Positions 33,174 through 43,690 are shown, counted from the stretch's first letter. The stretch: 64,000 nt of DNA from an uncultured delta proteobacterium (GCA_963771465.1 CAVYTU010000015.1:640001-704000), one strand, 5' to 3'. The notes: generated from the letters alone by a model not told the origin. A program made the numbers and translations.

Positions 33174-33713
33174 CTACGGTTTTCTACGCTGGGTCAGGAT
33201 ACGCTCAACTTCTTTGCCATCTTCGCCGTCATAGTAATTCACGTTGGTGTCGCGCACGTAGAGCGCGCGGAATCCCACCTGCGAGCCGCCGGCCGTATTG
33301 GCGTAGGCGCCGATCTTGTTCGAGTCGGGATACTGCGAGATGTCCGGGTACTCCATCGTGCTAACGACGAAATACGTCAAAATTGTTTCACCCGTGTTGA
33401 TCAGCTGGTGCGGAAAATCCGCACCCGGCGGACAGGCGATCACGTCGCCGGCGCGGATTTGTATCTCGTCTTTACCTAACCGCAAGGTCGCCGTCCCATC
33501 GATGATGTACATCATTTCTTCGTTACCGGTGTGAGTATGATACGGAAACGAAGTTTTGCTGGGCTGTACGCTAAAGAAGCTGTAGCCGAGTTTCTCGGCG
33601 CCGATTTTCATGCCGACCCGTTTGCGCTCGCCGCCGAATCGAGTGCCCTCGGGCCCGTTGATCTTGTCCCACGCCATCTCGGCGAGATTGATCACATGCG
33701 GATGTCTGGACAT
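33174..33713 (-). CDS. Cupin domain protein
   Basis: PYHTHTGNEEMMYIIDG, PHQLINTG, YPDSNK. Confidence 0.9.
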   Translation of the reverse strand: MSRHPHVINLAEMAWDKINGPEGTRFGGERKRVGMKIGAEKLGYSFFSVQPSKTSFPYHTHTGNEEMMYIIDGTATLRLGKDEIQIRAGDVIACPPGADFPHQLINTGETILTYFVVSTMEYPDISQYPDSNKIGAYANTAGGSQVGFRALYVRDTNVNYYDGEDGKEVERILTQRRKP

Positions 33714-33785
33714 AACGCCTCCTAGTTTAATACTCGATCGCGAACCCTACCACTGCGCGCGCTCTTTATGCTATCAAACTGACTG

Positions 33786-34763
33786 ATGCTGGTGCTATCA
33801 GAAAAACAAGTTCAAAGTCTGCTCGAGAGCGACGAACTCATCGCCGCATTATCACAAGCCCATATTCAATACTCCACCGGCAAAGCCGTCATGCCGGTGC
33901 GTTTGGTCGTGCCGCTGCCCGACATCCAAGGGCGGATCACCAGCATGCCGGGGTATTTGAATGAAGACCAAGCCCTGGGCATGAAAGTCGTCACTTATTT
34001 CCAGAATAATCCGCAACGAAATTTACCGGCGATCCTCGCCACAATCATGCTGTTCAGCGCTAAGACCGGCCAAACGATTGCCGTCATGGACGGCGCCTAC
34101 ATTACCGCGATCAGAACCGCATGCGCGTCGGCGCTGGCGACCAAAGCGCTGGCAAACCCCGAAACACCGATACTGGGCATCCTTGGCGCAGGCGTCCAAG
34201 CGCGCGCCCATATTCAAGCGCTCACCCGAGTTCGGAAAATAAGTCAGATCAAAATCTATAGTCCATCGGCAACCAGCGCGGCGAGCTTAAAGCGCGCGAT
34301 GGAGAATGAAGTTGGCGTCGCCATCGAAGTTGCTAAGGGCGCGGAAGCAGTTGTCCGTGGCAGCGATCTGCTCGTAACCGTCACCACCGCCAAAGAGCCG
34401 ATCATAAAACCTGAGTGGCTAAAGCCCGGTGTCCATATCAACGCCGTCGGCTCCCATCGTCCCGAATCGCGAGAGATCGACGGGGCGACTTTGGCGCAAG
34501 CCAAAGTCGTGGTTGATTCGCGCGCGGCGATCCTGGCGGAGTGCGGCGATATCCTGCTGGCATTGAAAGAAAAAAGCGTCAGTGACAACGTAATTCACGC
34601 CGAGATCGGCGAAGTTCTCGCCGGCGCCAAACCGGGACGACGCAGCACGGACGAAATAACGCTTTACAAATCCGTCGGCATCGCGATCCAAGACGTCGCC
34701 GCCGCCCATCTCGTCTATCGCAAAGCGTTGGAGCGCAACGTCGGCAGCCACGTTGAAATCTAA
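33786..34763 (+). CDS. Ornithine cyclodeaminase/mu-crystallin family protein
   Basis: ITAIRTAC, GAGVQA, HINAVGS, KSVGIAIQD. Confidence 0.92.
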   Translation: MLVLSEKQVQSLLESDELIAALSQAHIQYSTGKAVMPVRLVVPLPDIQGRITSMPGYLNEDQALGMKVVTYFQNNPQRNLPAILATIMLFSAKTGQTIAVMDGAYITAIRTACASALATKALANPETPILGILGAGVQARAHIQALTRVRKISQIKIYSPSATSAASLKRAMENEVGVAIEVAKGAEAVVRGSDLLVTVTTAKEPIIKPEWLKPGVHINAVGSHRPESREIDGATLAQAKVVVDSRAAILAECGDILLALKEKSVSDNVIHAEIGEVLAGAKPGRRSTDEITLYKSVGIAIQDVAAAHLVYRKALERNVGSHVEI

Positions 34764-34860
34764 CTACGACCATAAATCGCTGTGTTTAGCCTGTCCGAAA
34801 AGCGTTTTCGTCTTAACTCGAAACACGGAACTCATAACTTAAAAAGAGCGCGGAGGCGCG

Positions 34861-36669
34861 ATGACTTGGGATCTCACCAGTTACTTCTCTGAATTCCACG
34901 GTCCAGAGATGCTTCGCTTCAAGGAAGCCATCGGCACCGATGTGGCTGCATTGCAAAGCGCCGCGGCGAGTCTGCCGCAACTCACTGTGGAATCGGCGAG
35001 CGCTTGGGAAGATATATTGCTGCGCAATGAGGATCTCTCGCGCCGCATGTCCCATTTCGGATCCTATATCGGCTGTCTGGCATCCTCCGACGCGCGCAAC
35101 GAAGCGTACATGAAAGAAGAAGGCGAGCTGACCCGCATCCGCGCCGAGCTTGCCAAGGTGCGAATCGAGTTGCTGCGCGGGTTGAAACACAGCAGCGACG
35201 CTGAATTCGCCGCCTTGTGCGGCAAACCCACCCTCGCCGGCGCTGAAAATTATCTAAACCGACTGCGCGAAGAAGCCCGCCGCGCCATGTCGGTGGAAAA
35301 AGAAATACTCGCCACCGATCTCGGCGTCGACGGCATTCAGTCTTGGGGACGACTTTACGACACCGCATCCGCCAAGCTGGAATTCGATATGCTCTATCCT
35401 GACGGCCGGCGCGAGCGTGTGCCCATGTCGCAACGCCGTTCGTTGATGGATCATCCCGACCGGCGCGTGCGCCAAGCTGCTTTTGAAGGCGGCAATGCGG
35501 CGTGGCAGACGGTCGAAGACACCGCCGCCGCTGCGCTCAACGCCATCGCCGGGACCAGGCTGACGCTCAATCGCCACCGCGGCGTCGATCATTTTCTCGA
35601 CATCGCCCTGTTTCAAGCCGCCATCGGTCGCAAGACACTCGACGCTATGTTCGAAGCCTTGTTCGCCAATCTAGAAATTCCACGGAAAATTTTGCGCTTG
35701 AAAGCGCAGGTGATGGGGCGCGAGCGTGTCGCGTGGTTCGATCTCGGCGCGCCGCTCGACTTGCCGCACCAAGAAAAGCTGTCCTGGGTCAAAGCCTGCT
35801 CGATGATCGGCGCGTCGTTTAACCAAGCCTATCCCGCCCTGGGAAACTATTTCGCGCAGCAAGTCATCGCCAAGAACTGGGTCGATTGGGAGCCTCGAAG
35901 AGGCAAGCGGCCGGGCGGATTTTGCACCAGCTCGATGCTCAGCAAGGAATCGCGCATCTTCATGACCTACAACGAAGCGCTCGGCGACGTGCTCACCCTC
36001 GCCCATGAATCAGGCCATGCCTATCACGGCTATCTCATGGGCGATGTGCGTCCCTATGCGCGCGGTTATCCGATGACGCTGGCGGAAACCGCTTCGACCT
36101 TCGGCGAAAATGTCCTGATCAACGGCATTCTCGACGATGTCAAAGTCAGCGAGGAGCAAAAAGCGTTGATCCTCGACATCGAACTCGGCCATGGCGCGGT
36201 TTATCTCTTGGACATTCCCGTCCGCTACGAGTTTGAGAAGGTATTCTATGAAGAGCGTGCCAAAGGATCTCTCAGCGTTTCGCGGCTCAAAGAATTAATG
36301 TCCCAGACACAGCGCCAAGTGCTCGGCGATGTCCTCGAGCCTGGCGGCGAAGATCCTTACTTTTGGGCATCGAAGCTGCACTTCTATATCACCGGCATCA
36401 CTTTCTACAATTTTCCTTACACCTTCGGCTACCTGCTGAGCCGCGGCTTGTACGCCATGTTTAGAAAAGAAGGCAACCCTTTCTTACCGAAGTACGAAGA
36501 ATTCCTCCGCCGCGCCGGCAGCGACACGGCTGAGAACGTCGTCAAGCAAACCGTCGGTAGAGATATCGAGAAAACTGAATTCTGGAGCGAAGCGATTCGA
36601 AGCTTGGAAGAACCGCTCAAACAATTGCAGGCCATGCTGCCAAAAGTAATGACTCGAAACTCTGCTTAA
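34861..36669 (+). CDS. M3B family oligoendopeptidase F
   Basis: GKRPGGFC, TLAHESGHAYH (HExxH), AETASTF, FYNFPYTFG. Confidence 0.93.
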   Translation: MTWDLTSYFSEFHGPEMLRFKEAIGTDVAALQSAAASLPQLTVESASAWEDILLRNEDLSRRMSHFGSYIGCLASSDARNEAYMKEEGELTRIRAELAKVRIELLRGLKHSSDAEFAALCGKPTLAGAENYLNRLREEARRAMSVEKEILATDLGVDGIQSWGRLYDTASAKLEFDMLYPDGRRERVPMSQRRSLMDHPDRRVRQAAFEGGNAAWQTVEDTAAAALNAIAGTRLTLNRHRGVDHFLDIALFQAAIGRKTLDAMFEALFANLEIPRKILRLKAQVMGRERVAWFDLGAPLDLPHQEKLSWVKACSMIGASFNQAYPALGNYFAQQVIAKNWVDWEPRRGKRPGGFCTSSMLSKESRIFMTYNEALGDVLTLAHESGHAYHGYLMGDVRPYARGYPMTLAETASTFGENVLINGILDDVKVSEEQKALILDIELGHGAVYLLDIPVRYEFEKVFYEERAKGSLSVSRLKELMSQTQRQVLGDVLEPGGEDPYFWASKLHFYITGITFYNFPYTFGYLLSRGLYAMFRKEGNPFLPKYEEFLRRAGSDTAENVVKQTVGRDIEKTEFWSEAIRSLEEPLKQLQAMLPKVMTRNSA

Positions 36670-37917
36670 CTCATCCCTTCCAGCAGCGCCGTCCTCAACA
36701 AATCGATGGCGTTGAGCGTCATGCGCGAGCGATCATAAGCGCCGCGGCCGGCGCTGGTGCTTTCGCGGCGCAGAAACTTCGCGCCATCGGTGAGCGAAAC
36801 ATAAGTCTGGCCGCGGGCGAGATTCTGAATCTTACTGTTGGGGTCGGCGACGGCATGCAACGCCAGGCCGAAATCGCAGTGCGACAGTTCGCGGGCGGCA
36901 TTGGCCATCGCGTCGGTGAGCGCGATCGGGTCTTTCAGTGCTTCGTCAATCTTCCCGCCGTTCTGCGATCTTTTCAGTAGAACCCGCAGCGACCGCTTCG
37001 TTGTTACAGATAAAGCCTGCGCCAAAATTTTCGTTGCTCGCCGTCTGCATCCGCTCCGCTAACTGGCCGCAAGTCAGATCTTCGCACACCGCCACGGTCT
37101 GGTTTTTCTGCCGCAGCAATTTGCCCGTGACATGTTCCATCGTGTCTTCGTCGGCGGCAAAGATCGCGTTGCCTAACAAGCCGCGCACTTCCTCCTCCAC
37201 GGGCGCGATCATCTGCATCGCCGCAGCGCGATTGGCTGCCTTGGCGGCGATGCGCACGTCGACTTGGCCCGGCAATGCCAGCACGCCGACCGTTGGATTG
37301 CTGGAATTGGCGATCAGATGACCGACTTTGTCATCGACAGCGCTCTCGCCGATGCCGACGATTTTAAGCACGCGGTAATGAATCACTTCGGCGAGATTGA
37401 ACTTCTTTCTGAGATAAGGTTCGACTTCGTTCTCGAACAGCCACTTCATTTCCACCGGCACGCCAGGGAGCGAGAAGATAACCGCGCGCGGATCTTCGAC
37501 GATAAACGACGGCGCCGTGCCGTTGGGATTTTTCACCGGGATCGCTCCTTCGGGCATGTAGGATTGGCGAATATTGTTGGGAGTCATCGGCCGGCCGCGC
37601 CGGCGAAAATGTTCTTCCACCTGCTCCAGCATGCCGGCGTCTTGAATGAGTTTGCGCCCCACTACTTCGGCGACAATTTCACGGGTCAAATCGTCCTGAG
37701 TCGGACCGATGCCGCCGCTGGTGATGACGATATCGGCGCGTTCCAGGGCGCGTGCAATGACTTCTTTCATCCGCGCCGGATTGTCGCCGACGACCGATTT
37801 GAAATACAAATTCACGCCCAGCGCGGTCAATCGCTGCGCCATCCACGCCGAGTTGGTATCGACGATTTGACCGAGCAATAACTCTGAACCGATCGCGACG
37901 ATTTCCGCGTTTGCCAT
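36666..37917 (-). CDS. cinA: CinA-like competence/damage-inducible protein (frameshift near 36990)
   Basis: IGSELLLGQIVDTN, GGIGPTQDDLT, GTAP, LPGVP; divergent PncC-like C-terminus continues in ORF 36666-37025. Confidence 0.88.
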
Positions 37918-38092
37918 GGAAACTTTCTCCTTAAAACGAGTAAAATTTATATCCCAGGCGGTGTGGCTGGCACAAGATCGCCCTTTCTACGTCCGCGCTC
38001 AATCAGCAAACTTTCCTCCACTCGCATGTTCCCGCTTTTCGTCACAACCAGCGCCCCTCGCGCCAGCGCGCCAACCGATGATACGGTGAGAC

Positions 38093-40156
38093 GTGATGAT
38101 GAATTCACCGCGCGATAACCCTCGATTGAACTTTAATTTGGAGGCCGAGTCGAGCGGTTCCAGAGCGCGCGCCGCGACATTTCAAACTTTGCACGGCGAA
38201 ATCAAGACGCCGATCTTCATGCCGGTCGGTACCCAGGCGACGGTCAAAGCGCAAACGGTGGAAACTTTGAAAATGACCGGCGCGCAACTGTTACTGGCCA
38301 ACACCTATCATCTGCTGCTTCGTCCCGGAGCTGAAGTTTTCAAGAAATTCGGCGGCATTCACCATTTCATGAATTGGCACTGGCCAGTGCTGACCGATTC
38401 AGGCGGATTTCAGATTTTTTCTCTGCGCCACTCGAGATCGATGGACGAAGCGGGCGCGCGATTTAAAAGCTATGTGGATGGCAAGTCGTATTTACTTTCA
38501 CCTGAATCGAGCCTCGAAATGCAGCGAACCATCGGCAGCGATATCATGATGGTGCTCGATCAGTGCATCCCTGCCACAGCCTCTTACGCCCAAGCGCAGG
38601 CGGCCATGGAGCTTACGCACCGTTGGGCTCGACGCGCGCTACACGCCCGCGGCGATTCTCCAGCGGCGCTTTTTGGCATCGTCCAAGGCGGCGCCCATCA
38701 GGAGCTGCGAAAAGTGAGCGCCGAATGCTTAGGTGAGCTGCCCTTCGATGGCTTGGCCATCGGCGGCCTCGCCGTCGGCGAAACTCGCACCGAGCGTTAC
38801 GACCTGACTGAATGGGTAACCGCGCTTTTGCCGGCCCACCGGCCGCGATATCTCATGGGCGTGGGCACGCCCATCGATATTCTCGAAGCGGTGCATCGCG
38901 GCGTCGATATGTTCGACTGCATTATCCCGACTCAACTGGCGCAACGCGGCGTTGCGTTCACCTCTCAAGGCAAATTACAGTTGCGCCGCACCGTGTATAA
39001 GCTCGCCGACAAGCCCGTCGACGCCGGCTGCGATTGTCCCTGTTGCCGGCAATATTCCCGCGCCTACATTCATCATCTGATCAAATCAGGCGAGGTATTG
39101 GGGTGGCATCTTTTAGGCATGCACAATCTGTCGTTCTACCATCGTCTAATGCGGCAAATGCGCGAGCGGATCTTAACCGGCACCTTCGCCGTTTACTATA
39201 AGCAAAAACGACTCGATCTAGCGCGCATTGACGAAGACAATCCAACTCGCGCACCAAAAAAAGCCAAGGCCGTCAATTCCGTACGGTTGGGCGATTATGA
39301 ACTGCACCAGTCGGCGCAGGGGAGGTTTTACAGTATTCGTCAGATCAGCTCCGGGGAAATCATGCACTCGGTGACCGCGCCAAGTGAAGAGGCCAACAAA
39401 CTATATGTCGAACAGTCAGCGCTGGCGGCGCGGCTCGTCAAAACTGACGACCACGCCGATGAGCTGGTGCTCTGGGACGTCGGCCTCGGCGCCGCCGCCA
39501 ATGCCATGGCGGCGATTCGCTGCTTCGAGAAATGCTACGATCAGGTTAGCGGCAAGGATTTGCGGTCGATGCGCTTGCTCAGCTTCGAACGCAATCTCGA
39601 TCCGCTCGTGCTCGCGGCCAAGCATCCTGACTGTTTGCCGCACATGCGCCACGGCGCGCCGGCGAAAATTCTCACCCACGGCAGCTGGCAGCACGCTTCG
39701 GGGCAGCTCCAGTGGAAGCTTCTTAAAGGAGATTTTCGCGATTACATTGAATCTGCGAAGCACCCCGGGCTGATTTTCTACGATCCCTTCTCATACAAAA
39801 CCGACGCTGAACTTTGGACCGGCGAAATCTTTGCGCGGATTTTCGCCCGCTGCTCGGAAAAACCGGCGGAGCTTTACACTTACTCGGCTTCAACCGCAGT
39901 GCGCGTGGCGCTACTGAGCGCCGGTTTTTTCGTCGCCCAAGGCGTCGCCATCGGATCGAAGACCGAAACCACCATCGCTTTCACCCGCGCCGATGGCGCC
40001 ACTCAGCATCCGATGAAGCCGCCACCGCTCGACCAGAAGTGGCTCGCGCGCTGGCGCCGCAGCGAAGCAAAGTTTCCCGCAACCCTTGCAGCAGACGAGC
40101 AAGCGCGCTTTGCCACACTGATTGAAAGCCACCGGCAATTTTCCAACGCTGGCTAA
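38093..40156 (+). CDS. tgt: tRNA-guanine transglycosylase fused to an MnmC-type SAM methyltransferase domain
   Basis: FMPVGT, NTYHL, TDSGGFQ, GGLAVGE, YLMGVG, CDCPCC; C-terminal GEIMHS, DVGLGAAAN, YDPFS...LW, TYSAS. Confidence 0.9.
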   Translation: MMMNSPRDNPRLNFNLEAESSGSRARAATFQTLHGEIKTPIFMPVGTQATVKAQTVETLKMTGAQLLLANTYHLLLRPGAEVFKKFGGIHHFMNWHWPVLTDSGGFQIFSLRHSRSMDEAGARFKSYVDGKSYLLSPESSLEMQRTIGSDIMMVLDQCIPATASYAQAQAAMELTHRWARRALHARGDSPAALFGIVQGGAHQELRKVSAECLGELPFDGLAIGGLAVGETRTERYDLTEWVTALLPAHRPRYLMGVGTPIDILEAVHRGVDMFDCIIPTQLAQRGVAFTSQGKLQLRRTVYKLADKPVDAGCDCPCCRQYSRAYIHHLIKSGEVLGWHLLGMHNLSFYHRLMRQMRERILTGTFAVYYKQKRLDLARIDEDNPTRAPKKAKAVNSVRLGDYELHQSAQGRFYSIRQISSGEIMHSVTAPSEEANKLYVEQSALAARLVKTDDHADELVLWDVGLGAAANAMAAIRCFEKCYDQVSGKDLRSMRLLSFERNLDPLVLAAKHPDCLPHMRHGAPAKILTHGSWQHASGQLQWKLLKGDFRDYIESAKHPGLIFYDPFSYKTDAELWTGEIFARIFARCSEKPAELYTYSASTAVRVALLSAGFFVAQGVAIGSKTETTIAFTRADGATQHPMKPPPLDQKWLARWRRSEAKFPATLAADEQARFATLIESHRQFSNAG

Positions 40157-40233
40157 GCACGACTGAATCTAAATGAACGGACTGTTCGCGTGTCACCCTT
40201 GTCCGCTCACAGCTTCTTTGCGACAATGTCCGC

Positions 40234-40983
40234 ATGATCATTCTGCTCTCCAATGATGATGGTATCCAATCCGAAGGCCTCACCGCTCTGGAAAAAAGCC
40301 TCGCGAAACTCGGCGAAATTTACACAGTGGCGCCCGACCGCGCGCAAAGTTCAATGAGCCACGCCTTAACGCTGCACCGGCCGCTGCGCGTCCACGAACT
40401 GAGCCCACGGCGAATGTCCGTCGATGGCACTCCCGTGGATTGCGTCAAACTCGCGCTCACCGGTCTCCTGCCGGTTAAGCCGGATCTGGTCGTCTCGGGC
40501 ATAAACAAAGGACCGAATCTCGGCGACGACATCATTTACTCGGGCACGGTTTCCGCGGCCATCGAGGGGACGCTTTTGGGAATTCCCGCCATCGCCGTAT
40601 CGCTAGTGACTTTTGAAAAGTTCGATTTTGACGCCGCGGCGGATTTCACCGCGACGTTGATCGAAAGTATACAGCGGCCGGGCATACCGCCGGGAACCTT
40701 GCTCAACATCAACGTCCCACATTTACCCAAGGAACAACTTCGGGGTTGGAAGTTGACTCGTATGGGCAAGCGCCACTACAGCGAAAACATCGTCGAAAGA
40801 ATCGACCCGCGCGGCGTCAAATATTATTGGATCGGCGGCGACGATCTGGGCTTCGCCCATGACGACGGCACCGATTGCATCGCCGTGCACGAGGGTTTTG
40901 TCTCGGTCACACCATTGCAAGTCGACCTTACCGACCACAAGCTTTTGCATGAAGCGCCGCTAGAGCAATTTACTTGGCCGTAA
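40234..40983 (+). CDS. surE: 5'/3'-nucleotidase SurE
   Basis: LSNDDG, DGTPVDCV, SGINKGPNLG, YSGTVSAA. Confidence 0.96.
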   Translation: MIILLSNDDGIQSEGLTALEKSLAKLGEIYTVAPDRAQSSMSHALTLHRPLRVHELSPRRMSVDGTPVDCVKLALTGLLPVKPDLVVSGINKGPNLGDDIIYSGTVSAAIEGTLLGIPAIAVSLVTFEKFDFDAAADFTATLIESIQRPGIPPGTLLNINVPHLPKEQLRGWKLTRMGKRHYSENIVERIDPRGVKYYWIGGDDLGFAHDDGTDCIAVHEGFVSVTPLQVDLTDHKLLHEAPLEQFTWP

Positions 40984-40996
40984 CAACGGGCAAATC

Positions 40997-41398
40997 ATGC
41001 ACGACGACACAGAAAACCAAGAGATCAGACTCGACAAGTGGCTTTGGGCCGCGCGCTTCTTCAAGACCCGGTCGCTGGCGGTGCAAGCGATTGCCGGCGG
41101 TAAAGTTGAGATTAATGACGACCGTGCAAGACCGAGCCGCCTCGTCCGCCTTGGCGACAGACTGAAAATCCGCCGCGGCCCGTACGAATGGACCCTTGTC
41201 GTCAAGGCAATCTCCCGCCTGCGCGGGACCGCGCAGAAAGCTCAACTTCTCTATAACGAGTCCGAAGAGAGTGTGCGCAAACGCGAAGTGATGATTGCTC
41301 AGATGAAGCTCGAACGTCCGCCGGACTTCGACAGCCCCGGTCGTCCATCGAAACGAGACCGGCGCGAGATCGCCAAGTTCACCAAGCGCAGCTGGTAG
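40997..41398 (+). CDS. hslR: Ribosome-associated heat shock protein Hsp15 (S4 domain)
   Basis: RLDKWLWAARFFKTRSLA, GRPSKRDRR. Confidence 0.93.
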   Translation: MHDDTENQEIRLDKWLWAARFFKTRSLAVQAIAGGKVEINDDRARPSRLVRLGDRLKIRRGPYEWTLVVKAISRLRGTAQKAQLLYNESEESVRKREVMIAQMKLERPPDFDSPGRPSKRDRREIAKFTKRSW

Positions 41399-41500
41399 CT
41401 TGCGGCCCGCTGGCAGCATGCTACCGTGACTAAACTGTTGGCAATGTTATGGGACTCGCTTGGATTATTCATGCTACGAGGGAAACGCATGGCAATGCGT

Positions 41501-41677
41501 CGATCGAGGTGTGACCCTGGAGGAGCGAAGGCACCCCGGGCAAATGCGTCATCGTCCTGTTGGCGCTTGGCAGGAGGTTGGACCTTTTCACAGCTAATCG
41601 CATAAGCAACTCGCTAGGTTTGCATCTCAAAGGCACAGGCCCATTGCCTTCGCTCCGGAAGGGTTGCAGCTCGATCG
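41501..41677 (+). ncRNA. Candidate structured RNA, family not recognised
   Basis: Ends pair over ~30 bp (CGATCGAG/CTCGATCG; TGTGACCCT/AGGGTTGCA with G-U pairs; GGAGCGAAGGCA/TGCCTTCGCTCC), enclosing inner hairpins. Confidence 0.55.
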
Positions 41678-41727
41678 CTGTTTCAGCACCGATAACCCAG
41701 GCTAGCAGTCGAAATCACGGAGGACCT

Positions 41728-42786
41728 ATGCGCGCAAAATTGACACTAATCGGTATTACAGCCTTCATCGCGATGGCGATTAATTCACCGCTCTTCGCCC
41801 AATCAACACCGTACTTCCAAGGCAAGACCATCCTGCTGATTCAGGGCCGCGAACCTGGCGGCACCGGCGCTCTACGCGTCCAAGCGGCGCTGCCGTATCT
41901 AAAAAAATATTTGCCTGGCGAGCCGATCATCGTCACCCAGTTCATGCCCGGCGGCGGCGGCCGCAAGGCGACAAACTACGTCGCGCGCAACGCCAAGCCT
42001 GACGGCTTGACCCTTGGCAACGTCGGCTCCGGTCTAGTCGCCAACGCGGTGCTCGGCTCCACAGGCGTCGAATACGATATCGACAAGCTCATCTATCTCG
42101 GCACGTCCAATAGCTCGGCACAGTATGTTTTTGGGTCGGTAGCGAAACTGGGCTTGGACAATTTAGAGAAATTGCGCGCCCGCCCCGGCATTCGCGTCGG
42201 CGCGCAGACAGTCGGACACGACATTTACATCAACGGCCGGCTGTTTTCCTGGATACTGGGTTTGAAAGATCCGAAATTCGTCACCGGTTATTCTGGACCC
42301 GAGCTCGATGTGGCGATGGACCGCGGCGAGTTAGACGCTCGCGCCAATATTCCCGACACCGTATTGCAACGCAATACAGACTTCGTCGATAAAAAACTGC
42401 ACAATTTCCACGCGATCATCCAGATTCCCAAAGACGATCGTCATCCCCATCCCGCATTCAACAAGTTGCCAGAGCTTGAGACTTTCGCCAAGAGTGATCG
42501 CGAGCGAAAAATTCTGACCATGTTCCGCACCTTCCGGCTGGTCGGCTCGCCTTACATTCTGCCGCCCGGCACGCCGGCGGAAGCGGTGAATCACTGGCGC
42601 GAGGCGATGCGCAAAACTTTTAGAGACCCAGCGTTTATCAAAGATTTCAAAAAGCTCTCGGCCGACGACGCCACGCCGCTGACCCCGGAGGCACAGGATA
42701 AAGCGATCAAAGATATTCCGCGCGACGCTGAAGTCATCGCGCTTTTCAACAAAATCGCCGGCGGCGATCCGCTGCCACCGCGGTAA
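41728..42786 (+). CDS. Bug/TctC-family substrate-binding protein (paralogue of 25878-26942)
   Basis: GGAGG RBS, signal peptide, YFQGKTI, AKPDGLT, PPGTP. Confidence 0.88.
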   Translation: MRAKLTLIGITAFIAMAINSPLFAQSTPYFQGKTILLIQGREPGGTGALRVQAALPYLKKYLPGEPIIVTQFMPGGGGRKATNYVARNAKPDGLTLGNVGSGLVANAVLGSTGVEYDIDKLIYLGTSNSSAQYVFGSVAKLGLDNLEKLRARPGIRVGAQTVGHDIYINGRLFSWILGLKDPKFVTGYSGPELDVAMDRGELDARANIPDTVLQRNTDFVDKKLHNFHAIIQIPKDDRHPHPAFNKLPELETFAKSDRERKILTMFRTFRLVGSPYILPPGTPAEAVNHWREAMRKTFRDPAFIKDFKKLSADDATPLTPEAQDKAIKDIPRDAEVIALFNKIAGGDPLPPR

Positions 42787-42819
42787 TTGAAACTCCGTCG
42801 AAGGACGCAAGCGAAGCTT

Positions 42820-42965
42820 ACCTTGGCGCAGGAACTTCCCGGCTACCGGATCACGCGAAACCTAGGCGTGGTGCGCGGCATGACCGCGCGCTCGCGCAGC
42901 ATCGTCGGAAATATCGGCGCGGGCTTGCAAACGCTCTTCGGCGGCAACATCACGATCTACGGTGT
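42820..42965 (+). pseudogene. YbjQ/UPF0145 family fragment
   Basis: ELPGYRITRNLGVVRG.T.RSRSIVGNIGAGLQTLFGGNITIY; no clear start, C-terminal half missing. Confidence 0.75.
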
Positions 42966-43006
42966 ATGCAGAGGTTGCGCGCGGTTAGTCCGGCGAACCT
43001 GTTGGA

Positions 43007-43690
43007 TTACGAACTAAACACGATGCCGCGGTCGGCGACGATGGTGAACGGATACTGCGCCGGCTCCAGAGCGGTGCCGCGCATTTTTTCTACGGTCAGT
43101 CGGCGCACGAAACGGCCGTTGACCGGCTCCATGCTCAGGGCGATTGTTCCAGCGACCAAATATTCTTCAACCCCACGCAGCTGCTTGTCCGACGAATAAG
43201 TGGTAAGCAAATGAGTCGTGTTGGTGTTGGCTTGCAAGGCGTAAATCAATTGACGCGCCTGGTCCGGGTTGCGCGATCCCACTAACGGCCCCACCGGGTC
43301 GATCACGACCCGCGCCGCGCCCATGCGCGTGATATAGGTGTTGAGATCCGTCGCTACCCGTTGCACGTCGACACTTTTACTGGTGTCGCCCGCCCGGGCG
43401 ACAAAATAGGCTGAGGCATCGAGAATCAAGAATTCTTTGGACTCGATAAACGGCGCCAAGTCCCAACCGAGCGAAGCGGCTTGTTCGATCACATCGGCGG
43501 GCTTCTCGTCGATGGCGACGTACAATCCCTTTTCTTTATCCATCAGACCGCGGACGAGATACTGCAAGCTCAGAACTGACTTGCCGGTACCCGGATCGCC
43601 GACGACGAGATAGCTTTTGCCTTGCCTTAGCCCGCCTTCGATCAACGCGTCGAGTTCCGGGACTCCGGTTGGTATGCGTTTCCCACTCAT
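43007..43690 (-). CDS. Single-domain KaiC-like (RAD55/RecA-superfamily) ATPase
   Basis: RIPTGVPELDALIEGG, GDPGTGKS, RVVID, VEKMRGT. Confidence 0.9.
   Translation of the reverse strand: MSGKRIPTGVPELDALIEGGLRQGKSYLVVGDPGTGKSVLSLQYLVRGLMDKEKGLYVAIDEKPADVIEQAASLGWDLAPFIESKEFLILDASAYFVARAGDTSKSVDVQRVATDLNTYITRMGAARVVIDPVGPLVGSRNPDQARQLIYALQANTNTTHLLTTYSSDKQLRGVEEYLVAGTIALSMEPVNGRFVRRLTVEKMRGTALEPAQYPFTIVADRGIVFSS

Noticed and set aside
30190-34840. Short heptamer-like intergenic repeats (near 30190-30250 and 34815-34840)
   Set aside because: Too short and degenerate to define a repeat family from this window alone
41652-41672. SRP RNA, 6S RNA or glycine riboswitch identity for the structured element
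   Set aside because: CCGGAAGG..GCAGC and CGAAGG resemblances are partial and lie within the long closing helix; no symmetric 6S-type central bubble
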